Notes: a model not told the origin generated them from the sequence alone. A stretch of DNA of 64,000 nucleotides from Gemmatimonadota bacterium (GCA_963666735.1 OY762926.1:736001-800000); one strand, 5' to 3'; positions 31,334 to 40,067 are shown, counted from the stretch's first letter. Translations and numbers: made by a program.

Positions 31334-32328
31334 GGGAGCAACTCGTAGCGGCCTTCGTCCACCCACTCGATGAGGCGGACGATGCGCCGGTGCATGGACC
31401 GGATCTCCGATTCCGTGAGCCCGAGCTGAATCCGGTCCCCGTCGCGCCGAACCCCGCGGCCGGGATCGAGGTTCCCGGCCGGCTCCACCTCCACGAAGTT
31501 CCCGTCCCGCAGCTCGAACTGGACGAGGACCCCGAGTTGCGCCTGCAACCCCTCGAGCGAGACGTCGCGCAACCGGTCGATGGCGAAGGCCGGGTAGCGG
31601 TCGAGGCGCAGGTTGCGCCACCGCGTGCCGCGGTCGCTCTCCTCGCTCGCGAACGCCACGCCGTTGTCGACGCTGAACACGCGGGGCCACGCGGAATCCA
31701 TCGACTGCACGAAGTTCCCCCGGTTCGAATCGCCGTGACGGATGATGTACGTGAGGAGGTTGAAGTTCCCGAGCAGACGCTCGTAGACCTCGTCCTCCTC
31801 GAGCCGGTCGTCGTCGGGCAGATCGTCGGGAAGATCGACGTTGAACATCCAGTACTGGAGCGCGACGAGGGTCATCGGCCACTCGTCGAACGTCCGTTCC
31901 GGAGGGTTGGCGGCATCCCCCGTCCGGGCGACCGTGGCCCGGACGGCGTCGATGGGGAAGGCGCGGATCGCGGTCGGAGGCACGACCCGTTCCCGCTCGT
32001 CGAGGAAGAGCAGCTGGACGTCGTGGGCCGCCAGTTCGTAGCGGGGCCGGTTGTTGAACTCGTCCGCCCCCTCGCCGGCCGGAGCGTACTTGACCTGGAG
32101 CACATGGTCGCCGGATTGCAGCGTCACGCGGTAGGTGCGCTCGCCGGGAAGGCCGCGGGACGGCTGTGCGTCGAGGACCTGGATTTCCCCTTCGCGGAGG
32201 ATCCTGTCGATCTCGGCGATGGGGAGGAGGAAGTTCGCGTCCTGGGCCGTCGCCGTTGCCGGCGCCGCCGCGGCGGCCGCCCCCGCGGCGAAGAGCACTG
32301 CGCGGAACAGATCGGCGCATCGCATCAT
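31330..32328 (-). CDS. Secreted protein with atypical (PI3/4K-HipA-Fam20-like) kinase motifs
   Basis: Ala-rich Sec signal ending ATA-QD. VKY (beta3 Lys), RYELAA (alphaC Glu), VVPPT, GDSNRGN (D-x4-N catalytic loop) and VDNGVAF (DFG equivalent). ATG at 32328 overlaps the HK stop. Confidence 0.65.
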   Translation of the reverse strand: MMRCADLFRAVLFAAGAAAAAAPATATAQDANFLLPIAEIDRILREGEIQVLDAQPSRGLPGERTYRVTLQSGDHVLQVKYAPAGEGADEFNNRPRYELAAHDVQLLFLDERERVVPPTAIRAFPIDAVRATVARTGDAANPPERTFDEWPMTLVALQYWMFNVDLPDDLPDDDRLEEDEVYERLLGNFNLLTYIIRHGDSNRGNFVQSMDSAWPRVFSVDNGVAFASEESDRGTRWRNLRLDRYPAFAIDRLRDVSLEGLQAQLGVLVQFELRDGNFVEVEPAGNLDPGRGVRRDGDRIQLGLTESEIRSMHRRIVRLIEWVDEGRYELLP

Positions 32329-33119
32329 TCCGCAGCCTCCTTCCGTGCGGGACCCGTGGGCTGCCGAAGCGGCAGGCGTACGTCGAACGCCGTCCCCCGG
32401 CCCGGTTCGCTCTCGACCGAGATGTCCCCTCCGTGCTGGTGTACGATCTGGAGTGTGATCGCGAGACCCAGCCCCATCCCGATCCGCTCGCCCTTGGTCG
32501 TGAATCCGGGTTCGAAGATCTCCCCGATGACGCCGCTCGGGATGCCCCGGCCCGTGTCGGCGATGCGGATGCGCGCGCGGTCCCCTTCCACGCGCGTCCC
32601 GATCGTGAGTACGCCTCCATCCATGGCCTGGGCCGCGTTGTGCACGAGGTTCATGAACACCTGGTTGATCCGGTTCGGATGGCACACCACCAGCGGCAGG
32701 TCGCCGAAGTCGCGGACGACCTCGACCTCCTTCAGCTCGTGCCCCAAAAGGGCCAGCGAACCCTCGATGCCTTCGTGAAGGTCTACGGGACGAGGCTCGG
32801 AGGTCGTGGGCCGCCCGAAGTTCTTCAGGTTCCGTACGAGGTTCACCATGCGTTCCACGGCGATGCCGTTGGTTCGCAGCACCGATTCGGTCGCGCGCAC
32901 GACGCGACGGACCTCATCGAGTTCGTCCGGCGTGACGACTTCATCCTCGAGGATTTCCCCGAGCTTGAGGAGCGCGCGCTCGATGACGTGGTGGTTGCTG
33001 TTCAGGGCTCCCAACGGGGTGTTGAGTTCGTGCGCGATCCCCGCGACCAGCGTGCCCAGCGTCGCGAGGCGAGCCTGCGTGATCTCCCGGGCCGTCGGCC
33101 CCAGTCCCGGCTCGATCAC
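32325..33119 (-). CDS. Cytoplasmic histidine kinase lacking a sensor domain (HisKA + HATPase)
   Basis: H-box AGIAHELNTP, N-box NQVFMNLVHNA, DTGRGI, FEPGFTTK and GMGLGL. GTG at 33119 overlaps the REC gene stop. Confidence 0.9.
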   Translation of the reverse strand: MIEPGLGPTAREITQARLATLGTLVAGIAHELNTPLGALNSNHHVIERALLKLGEILEDEVVTPDELDEVRRVVRATESVLRTNGIAVERMVNLVRNLKNFGRPTTSEPRPVDLHEGIEGSLALLGHELKEVEVVRDFGDLPLVVCHPNRINQVFMNLVHNAAQAMDGGVLTIGTRVEGDRARIRIADTGRGIPSGVIGEIFEPGFTTKGERIGMGLGLAITLQIVHQHGGDISVESEPGRGTAFDVRLPLRQPTGPARKEAAE

Positions 33120-33601
33120 AGGAAGGCCTGGATCCACCGCTGCCGGAGTCCGGCGAGTTCGTCGTGCGCCGCCTCGAGTTCGGCCATGCGTTCGGTCAGG
33201 GCGCTGAAGAGAAGGCTTCGCTCGACCCCGTTGCGGATGGCGAAGGCGAGCGCGTCGTTGTTCCACGGCTTCTCAAGGTACTGGTAGAGGCCGGCCTCGT
33301 TGATGGCCAGGATGGCGTTCTCCTTGTCGGCGTAGCCTGTGAGCAGGATCCGGGTCGCCTCCGGCCGCATCTTGCGGGCTCTCGTAAGGAACTGCACGCC
33401 GTCGAGGTCCGGCATCATGAGGTCGGCCACGATCGCGTGGACGGGTTCCTTCTCGAGGTGGGCGAGGGCGGCGCGCGCGGATGTGAAGGGGCGCACCAAG
33501 TGGTCCGTTTCCAGCTCCAGGAACCCCTGAATGGCATCGACGACCATGTCCTCGTCGTCGACGACCATCACGGTGCCGGCGTCAGGTCTGATCTCATCCA
33601 T
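33116..33601 (-). CDS. Response regulator receiver protein with C-terminal coiled coil, no output domain
   Basis: VVDDE, DLMMP, LLTGY and YLEKPW, followed by about 35 aa of helix. Confidence 0.92.
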   Translation of the reverse strand: MDEIRPDAGTVMVVDDEDMVVDAIQGFLELETDHLVRPFTSARAALAHLEKEPVHAIVADLMMPDLDGVQFLTRARKMRPEATRILLTGYADKENAILAINEAGLYQYLEKPWNNDALAFAIRNGVERSLLFSALTERMAELEAAHDELAGLRQRWIQAFL

Positions 33602-33607
33602 GTCGGA

Positions 33608-36600
33608 TCATGTCATCGCCAGGCCGCGAACGCGACTCGCGAGTCCGCGAAGCAGGTCGAGGCCGAGTTCGGGGTGGTCGATGAGAAGGTCGCGAAAGTC
33701 CTCGCTGGTGATGCGCAGCACGCGGGTGGGTTCGACGGCGTGCGCTTCGACGAGACTGGGATGTTCGTCGATCAGGGCCCACGTCCCGAACGCCTCTCCA
33801 TCCGTGAGGGAAATCGATTCCTCTCCCGCCCCCTCGAGTGAGACTTCGCCGTGGATCACGAGGTAGAGCGCGTCCGTCGGCTCCCCCCTGCGGATGAAGA
33901 CGGCGTCCGGCCGCACCTCGACCTCCCTCGCGATGGAGGCGAGGAGCGCGAGTTGCCGACTTTTCACGCCCGAGAGGAGATCCACGCTCTGCAGGCGAAA
34001 CACCTTTTCGATCAGTTCCATCTCTTCCTCGTCTCGCTCGTCCCCCGGATCCTGTGCGGGGGTCTCGGCCCGCCGCCCAAGGCGGTGGGCCACACGCGCC
34101 AGCGCCGGTTCCGCCGGCCCAAAACCGCGGAGGGCCTCTGCCATCGCGTCGCGGTCGATTTCGAAGGAGGTCCGGAGCGCACACCTCGCGATCCAGGCAT
34201 CCTCATCGTCCCACAGCTCCCGCAGGACCTCTCCCGCCTCGCGCGCAGGCTCCCGCGGGGCCTCCTCCGCCAGCACCGGTCTGAGGTCGGAGAACGTGCG
34301 GTGTCCGACCGTGGTCTCGATCCACTCCAGGGCGTTCGCCCGCCGGCGCGGCCGTCCACTCTCGATGGCCAGGTAGCTGCGCCTCATCGGCTGCTCGGGA
34401 TATACGAGCCCCAGCCACCGAAAGACACTCGCCCGCCGATCCCGCCTCGCCTCATCGAGCGCTCGGAGGAGCAGCGTCCGGGGCATCGACGCCGGCACAC
34501 CCTCGAGTGCGGTGGCGGCGCGTGCGTAGCGCAGGGACGCGCGAACCTCGCGCTCCACGGCCTCCAGCACCCGCTCCGCCGGAAAAGTGAGGTGCTCATG
34601 CTGTGTGCGCAGCCGGTGGAGCGATACGAGGGCCTGGTCGTCGAGCGCCTGTTCGGTTTCCGGCAGCAGGTAGGAGGTGACGAGGGCATCGATCGTCGCA
34701 GGGGTCGCGATCTCGCCGAGTACGCTCGCGACGCCCCGGCGTACCCAGGGGTCGGCGGCCGGGTCGGAAAGTGCCGCAAGCAGAGGCGTGACGATCTCCT
34801 CGCCCCGCCCCGCCAGGCCGTCGCGCGCCGCGCTCCGGGTCCGCGGGATCGCGAGAGATGCGATGGCCGCCCGCACGAGGGCCGGCTGGGGGAGCCGGGC
34901 TGCGCTCCGCGCGGCCGCCGCCGCGACATCATCGCGGGGGTGGGCGACGAGTTCCGGAAGAACCCCCTCCACCGCGGGGTGCCCGGGGACGAGGCCCGCC
35001 GCCATCGCCAACTCCCGGGCGCCGGATCCTTCGAGTGCGCCCCTCTCATGTTCCCGCAGCAGGTGTTCGAAGCGGGGGGTCGCGATGCGTTCGGCCCGGC
35101 TGGCGCCAAAGTCGCTGAACAGGCAGTCGAACGCGGCCGAGCGGGCGTTCGTCGACTTCGAGTCGAGGAGGGGGATGAGAACATCGCGCGCCCGCGGCGC
35201 CGCCTTCAGGGCGAGGAGCCGGGCGGCGGCGCGCCGCACGGCCGAATCCGGATCCTCGAGCCGGGCCCGCACCGCCTCCTCGTTTGAGAGGCCGGGGGCC
35301 CGGGAAAGCGATCGCAGCGCCCGCGCCCGGAGGCCGGGGTTCTCATGCTCAAGGAGGCCGTACAGTTCCGGCGAAAGCGCCTCGATGTCCTCCGGCGTGG
35401 CACCGCGCAGCAAGTCGAAGGCGAACGCGACCCTCAGCGGCCGCTCATCCCGCAGCGCGTCGCGCGCGAGCGCGAGCGCGCCCACGTCCGCCATCGACAC
35501 GAAGGTCCCGCGCAGGCTCGCGAAGCGTCCCTCGAAGGACTGAGCCAGGCTCGTGACGTACGACTTTCGCACTTTGAGGAAGGCGAGCAGCAGGACGCCC
35601 GCCAGACCGACGCCGACGACCCCGAGGATCATGAGCCGGCCCGTGATCGAAAGGCCGGCGAGAGCGAGCGAAGGGATTGCGATGAGCACCCCGGAGAGCG
35701 CCTTCCCCAACCCTTTCTCCACCGCCACGTCGATGTACGACTTCGCCTTGAGCTTGATGTCGTCCGGGACGGGGACGTAGAGGATCTCGCGGCCCGTGCG
35801 CTCGGCGGAATAACGGAACGTCTTCTCCGTCGTCCGGGCCCCGACGGCGACGGCGAGCGCGGCGGCGGACAGCCACACGGCGGCGGCGAGAGCCCCGGTC
35901 GCGAGGATCACGGCCACGGGGAAGATGATGACGGCGACCCCGGCGCCCCAGCGGCGCAGGACCGGACGCAGCGCGAGGAGGACGACGATCGGGAGCCATT
36001 GCGTGAGGACATCGACGAAGGCCAGAAAGCCCGCGATCGCGCCCAGGTCGGTGAAGACCTCGCGCGTGAGCGTGTTGTACTGGTAGTCGATGAACTGTTT
36101 GACGACGATCGTCAGGAGCACCGTGGCCGCGATGAGCCGCACCTGAGGGTGCGCCGCCATGCGCCGCAGGTCGCTGCGCTCAAGTTCGGGATCTTCCGCG
36201 TACGCGTGCTCCGGCGGCGGCGCCGGCGGCTCCCGCGACCAAATGAGAGCGAGGCCGCCCGCCAGCACGAGGAGCGCGGCGCCCGCCACGAGAAGCAGGT
36301 TCTCCGACGGTCCTCCGCCCGAGGCGAAGACGGTCGTGAGGAGCGCCCCGAGCGTGGCCCCGACCGAACTCGAGGCGATGACGACCGGATAGGCGCGCTT
36401 CGCATCGCGAGCGTTGTAGAAGACCTGCGTCGCCATGTAGAAGTGCGTGACGAGCGAGGCCGCCAACACGTCGTACCACCCGTAGAAGACGAACCCGAAC
36501 CACGCCGCTCCCGGTTGGTAGATGAGGCGGAAGGCGACCATGCTCAGGGCGAAGAACGCCGCCGTAAGCGGGATGAGGCGGCGCCACGAGATGCGGTCCG

Positions 36601-36811
36601 AGAGGTAGTTGTAGAACGGAGCGACGACCACCACGGCCGCGCTGATGAAGTACACCTGGTAGAAATCGCCCGCGGCGAGTCCCGAGAGAGCGAAGGCGCT
36701 GCGCAGCGGACGCAGGATCCCGATGACGAAGAGGACGAGCGCCGCCAACCCCATCATGGCGAGCAGCTTCCCCGCCCCGGCTCTCCGCGCGAAGACCCCG
36801 CCGAGCCTCAC
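33608..36811 (-). CDS. NTT/TLC (Npt1/Npt2-like) nucleotide transporter fused to HEAT repeats and a cyclic-nucleotide-binding domain
   Basis: About 12 TM helices with TLC-like motifs (ARDAKRAYP, KQFIDYQY, REILYVPVPDDIKLKAKSYIDV), then HEAT-like repeats, then a cNMP domain (RRGEPTDALYLVIHGEV...GEAFG). GTG 36811 has an AGGAG SD; ATG 36856 is the alternative start. Confidence 0.82.
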   Translation of the reverse strand: MRLGGVFARRAGAGKLLAMMGLAALVLFVIGILRPLRSAFALSGLAAGDFYQVYFISAAVVVVAPFYNYLSDRISWRRLIPLTAAFFALSMVAFRLIYQPGAAWFGFVFYGWYDVLAASLVTHFYMATQVFYNARDAKRAYPVVIASSSVGATLGALLTTVFASGGGPSENLLLVAGAALLVLAGGLALIWSREPPAPPPEHAYAEDPELERSDLRRMAAHPQVRLIAATVLLTIVVKQFIDYQYNTLTREVFTDLGAIAGFLAFVDVLTQWLPIVVLLALRPVLRRWGAGVAVIIFPVAVILATGALAAAVWLSAAALAVAVGARTTEKTFRYSAERTGREILYVPVPDDIKLKAKSYIDVAVEKGLGKALSGVLIAIPSLALAGLSITGRLMILGVVGVGLAGVLLLAFLKVRKSYVTSLAQSFEGRFASLRGTFVSMADVGALALARDALRDERPLRVAFAFDLLRGATPEDIEALSPELYGLLEHENPGLRARALRSLSRAPGLSNEEAVRARLEDPDSAVRRAAARLLALKAAPRARDVLIPLLDSKSTNARSAAFDCLFSDFGASRAERIATPRFEHLLREHERGALEGSGARELAMAAGLVPGHPAVEGVLPELVAHPRDDVAAAAARSAARLPQPALVRAAIASLAIPRTRSAARDGLAGRGEEIVTPLLAALSDPAADPWVRRGVASVLGEIATPATIDALVTSYLLPETEQALDDQALVSLHRLRTQHEHLTFPAERVLEAVEREVRASLRYARAATALEGVPASMPRTLLLRALDEARRDRRASVFRWLGLVYPEQPMRRSYLAIESGRPRRRANALEWIETTVGHRTFSDLRPVLAEEAPREPAREAGEVLRELWDDEDAWIARCALRTSFEIDRDAMAEALRGFGPAEPALARVAHRLGRRAETPAQDPGDERDEEEMELIEKVFRLQSVDLLSGVKSRQLALLASIAREVEVRPDAVFIRRGEPTDALYLVIHGEVSLEGAGEESISLTDGEAFGTWALIDEHPSLVEAHAVEPTRVLRITSEDFRDLLIDHPELGLDLLRGLASRVRGLAMT

Positions 36812-36868
36812 GTCTTCTCCTTCGCCGGGGTGGCTTCGACCTCCCGGGCGGCCCATCTTTCGGGACTT

Positions 36869-36942
36869 CGGGGCGTGGCGCAGTCCGGTAGCGCACCTGC
36901 TTTGGGAGCAGGGGGTCGCCGGTTCAAATCCGGCCGCCCCGA
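36869..36942 (+). tRNA. tRNA-Pro(TGG)
   Basis: CGGGGCGTGGCGCAGTCCGGTAGCGCACCTGCTT-TGG-GAGCAGGGGGTCGCCGGTTCAAATCCGGCCGCCCCGA; no encoded CCA. Confidence 0.96.
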
Positions 36943-37571
36943 TTCCGCAGGACTTCCCTTTCGATCCATCCCCTGGCCCGCCGGACCGCCTTCGCTCGAT
37001 GGCTGGTCGCCGTCTTCACCGCGGCGGGCAGCTCCGCGTACGTGCGGTCGTGGCCCTCCGGCACGAAGAGCGGGTCGTAGCCGAAGCCTCCCGAGCCGCC
37101 CGGCCGGCACGCGATTCGGCCGCGCACGATGCCCTCGACCACTTCATGGCACAGATCGTCGGTGAGCGCGACCGCGCAGCGATAGTGGGCCCCGCGGCGT
37201 TCCTCCCCGACGCTCTCCAGCTGTTCGAGCAGCCAGCGATTGTTCGCTTCGTCCCGCCCCCGGCGCGCGACCAGCTCCGGCGGAGCGAAGCGCCGGGTTC
37301 GCACGCCCGGGCCGCCCCCGAGGGCGTCCACGCAGAGGCCGGAATCATCCGCGAGCACGGGCAGGCCGGACCGGCGGTGAAAGTACTTCGCCTTCGACAG
37401 GGCGTTGCGCGCGAAGGTATCGAAGGGTTCGAGATCTCCCTCTTCCTCGCGCTCGGGAAGACCGAGGTCCTCCGGGCCCAGCAGCCGGACCGGAAGGTCG
37501 GCGAGGAGGCCGCGGATTTCGCGGAGTTTGTGGGCGCTGCGCGTGGCGACGAGCACCGGAGGCGGGTTCAA
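36924..37571 (-). CDS. rdgB: Non-canonical purine NTP pyrophosphatase (RdgB/HAM1)
   Basis: VATRSAHKLRE, LADDSGLCVDAL.G.PGV, GFGYDPLF and SHR. TTG start at 37571 overlaps the upstream stop. Confidence 0.92.
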   Translation of the reverse strand: MNPPPVLVATRSAHKLREIRGLLADLPVRLLGPEDLGLPEREEEGDLEPFDTFARNALSKAKYFHRRSGLPVLADDSGLCVDALGGGPGVRTRRFAPPELVARRGRDEANNRWLLEQLESVGEERRGAHYRCAVALTDDLCHEVVEGIVRGRIACRPGGSGGFGYDPLFVPEGHDRTYAELPAAVKTATSHRAKAVRRARGWIEREVLRNRGGRI

Positions 37572-38530
37572 TCCGCCCAAAGACTCTCCGCCGCGAGACT
37601 TTCCGCGAACTCCGGGTAGACCTTCCACAGGTATCCGCCCATGACAAGCGCCGCGAGGATGTTGCCGACGAGAATCGACCACCAGGCGAGTTCATCGAGA
37701 ATCCAGCCGCCCAGCATCGCGACCATGGCGACGAAGAAGACCTCGAAGACGACGAACAGCACGATGATGCCGAGGGCGAGCGGGGGGAACCGGGACACCT
37801 GTCTCGCGAGGCCGGAGACCGCGACGCCGAACAACACGAAGAACGCGAAGTGGGCGAGCGTGTAGCCGAGGATCGGCGCGAAGGAGATCTCGACCGCGGC
37901 CGGCGTGGGAGCGCCGCGGAAGAGCACCGTCGCCAGCGCCGCCGGCGTATAGAGGGGCTGCCGGAGCATGGTGTCGATGATGAGGAACCAGAGTGCGACG
38001 ACGAGGGCGCCGAGGAGCCCCGCGTAGATGCCGTGCCGCGTCACCCGGTGCGTCTGGAGGAAGTTCATCATCCCCACGATGCCGGGTTCGGAGCTCACCC
38101 AGTGCATGTGGGTGAACATCACGACCCCGGCGAGCGCGTTCCCGAAGAAGACGGCGGGCCACCCCGGCGCGGACATCACGAGTCCGGAAGGCGCCCGGAT
38201 GAGGCCGATGTAGAACGCGAGCGAGCACACGAAGAGCCCGTACAGCGCGCCGATGAACACGTTTCGGGGGAGGCCCGCCCACTGGACGAGCGCCGCGGCC
38301 AGCATCCCGAGCCCGGCCCAGGCGGTGAAGTGGATGAAGGTGAAGCCCACGATGATCCCGGTCGTGGCCTCGACCTCCGCGCGGCTGATGATCGCCCCCC
38401 AGAGGAAGGCCGGCGTCTGAAGCGGGGTCCCCTGCCCGAGGTCGTAGAAGTAGAAGAGCACGGCGAGAACGACCCCCCCCAGCAGCCCTCCGGCGAGCCC
38501 GGCCCGGATCCTGCGCCTCAGCGTCAGCAT
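37568..38530 (-). CDS. Uncharacterised polytopic membrane protein with internal duplication (2 x ~4 TM)
   Basis: The halves align: GLLGGVVLAVLFYFYD...PLQTPAFL with GLLGALVVALWFLIID...PLYTPAAL; FTFIHF with YTLAHF; GNALAG with GNILAA. Confidence 0.8.
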   Translation of the reverse strand: MLTLRRRIRAGLAGGLLGGVVLAVLFYFYDLGQGTPLQTPAFLWGAIISRAEVEATTGIIVGFTFIHFTAWAGLGMLAAALVQWAGLPRNVFIGALYGLFVCSLAFYIGLIRAPSGLVMSAPGWPAVFFGNALAGVVMFTHMHWVSSEPGIVGMMNFLQTHRVTRHGIYAGLLGALVVALWFLIIDTMLRQPLYTPAALATVLFRGAPTPAAVEISFAPILGYTLAHFAFFVLFGVAVSGLARQVSRFPPLALGIIVLFVVFEVFFVAMVAMLGGWILDELAWWSILVGNILAALVMGGYLWKVYPEFAESLAAESLWAD

Positions 38531-38534
38531 GGCG

Positions 38535-38777
38535 TCAGCACGCGGAGTCCACGTCGGCCGCGCGGGCCTCCTCCCATTCGCGCTGCTCTTCCAGGGCTCT
38601 CTCGACCTCTTGCTGGCGCTGCCGGCGGCGCGCCCGGAAGATCCCGCCTCCGATCACGATCAGAAGCAGGTAGGGCATCGCCGCCATGAAGACGAACATC
38701 AGGACGTATCCCGCCTGTTCGTCCGGCGTATGCTGCATCTGCGGGGCCGCCGCGAGGGCGGCGAAAGTGTTCGGCAC
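38535..38777 (-). CDS. Small single-pass membrane protein at end of oxidase operon (80 aa)
   Basis: GTG at 38777, just after the cyoE stop. Contains GYVLMFVFMAAMPYLLLIVIGGGIFRARRR and a charged tail. Confidence 0.65.
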   Translation of the reverse strand: MPNTFAALAAAPQMQHTPDEQAGYVLMFVFMAAMPYLLLIVIGGGIFRARRRQRQQEVERALEEQREWEEARAADVDSAC

Positions 38778-38782
38778 GGCTG

Positions 38783-39706
38783 CTACAGCTTGTCGAGGAC
38801 GAGGACCGCCATGAGCAATGGAAGATACAGGATCGAGGCCCGGAACAGACCTCGGGCGCTCGCCGGCGTCGCGGAGCGGGCAAACCGGAACGCGGTCCAC
38901 AGGAAGAAACCCCCGAGGCCAAGCGCGACCGCGAAGTAGACGACGCCCGTGAGACCGAGGACGCTCGGCAGCAGGCTCACCGGAATGAGGGTCAGCGCGT
39001 AGAGCAGCGCCTGGTGACGCGTCTGCCGACCCTCGAAGTCGCCGACGGAGAGCATGCGCAGCCCCGCCGCCCGGTAATCGTCGCGGAGCAGCCAGGCCAG
39101 GGCGAGAAAGTGCGGCAACTGCCAGAGGAAGAGGATCGCGAACAGAGCCCAGCCGCCGGGAGCGAGCTGCCCGGTCGCGGCGGTCCAGCCGCCGAGGATC
39201 GGCAGCGCGCCGGGCACCGCCCCCACGACGGTGGAAAGCGAATGCACCCGCTTGAGCGGCGTGTAGACGAAGTCGTAGGAGATGAAGGTGGCGAGCGCGA
39301 GGCCCGCGGTGATCGGATTGACCGCGATCCACAGCCACGCGATCCCCGCCGCCGCCAGGACCCCGGAGACGACGGCGGCCGGTGGCGTCGCGATCCGGCC
39401 GGCGGGCAGGGGACGCGCGCGCGTTCGGCCCATGAGCGCGTCCACATCCCGCTCCAGCACCTGGTTCATCGCACTCGTCCCGGAGGCGACGAGCGCCACG
39501 CCGGCCATGGCGTGCGCGAACAGAATGAAATCGAAGCTGGCCGCGCCGAGGAGGAAGCCGGCCGCCGCGGTCGCGACCACGAGCGCCGTGATGCGCGGCT
39601 TCGTGAGCTCGAGGTACGAGGGAAGCGTCCCGCGAATCGAGTGGACCCGTCTCGAGATCCCGCCGAGCGGCATCCCGCGGGCCTTCAGCAGACTTCCGGC
39701 TTCCAC
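38783..39706 (-). CDS. cyoE: Protoheme IX farnesyltransferase (heme O synthase)
   Basis: YLELTKPRI, NQVLERDVDALMGRT.RPLP, YTPLKR, WQLPHF and DYRAAG. Confidence 0.95.
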   Translation of the reverse strand: MEAGSLLKARGMPLGGISRRVHSIRGTLPSYLELTKPRITALVVATAAAGFLLGAASFDFILFAHAMAGVALVASGTSAMNQVLERDVDALMGRTRARPLPAGRIATPPAAVVSGVLAAAGIAWLWIAVNPITAGLALATFISYDFVYTPLKRVHSLSTVVGAVPGALPILGGWTAATGQLAPGGWALFAILFLWQLPHFLALAWLLRDDYRAAGLRMLSVGDFEGRQTRHQALLYALTLIPVSLLPSVLGLTGVVYFAVALGLGGFFLWTAFRFARSATPASARGLFRASILYLPLLMAVLVLDKL

Positions 39707-39719
39707 GGCGGCGGCGGCG

Positions 39720-40025
39720 CTACACGTACTCCATCATGATCGCGATGATCATGATGGCCACCGCCGGCAGCGGCGCCAGCGCCACGAGCCGCAGGCGGTT
39801 GGGTTCGAACTTCAGATGCATGTAGTAGAGCGCGACCAGCAGCGCCTTCCAGACGGCCATGACGAGCAGCGACACCACGATCATCCACTTCGGGATCGCG
39901 AGGAACGCGACGAATACCTCCGCGATCGTGAGGATGGCCAGGTACAGCCAGATGAGCATGTACTTCGGCTGCTCGTGCGCATGATCGTCCGCGGCGCTCG
40001 CCGCGTGTCCTCCGGCTTCACTCAT
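39720..40025 (-). CDS. ctaF: Cytochrome c oxidase subunit IV
   Basis: YMLIWLYLAILTIAEV and KALLVALYYMHLKFE. Confidence 0.85.
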   Translation of the reverse strand: MSEAGGHAASAADDHAHEQPKYMLIWLYLAILTIAEVFVAFLAIPKWMIVVSLLVMAVWKALLVALYYMHLKFEPNRLRLVALAPLPAVAIMIIAIMMEYV

Positions 40026-40067
40026 TCGTTCGCTCCGTAGCTCTCGGCGCCAACCGCCCCGGCGCGG

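Noticed and set aside
30011..36942. Integrative element at tRNA-Pro or tRNA-His
   Set aside because: No integrase, no duplicated tRNA end and no visible compositional shift.
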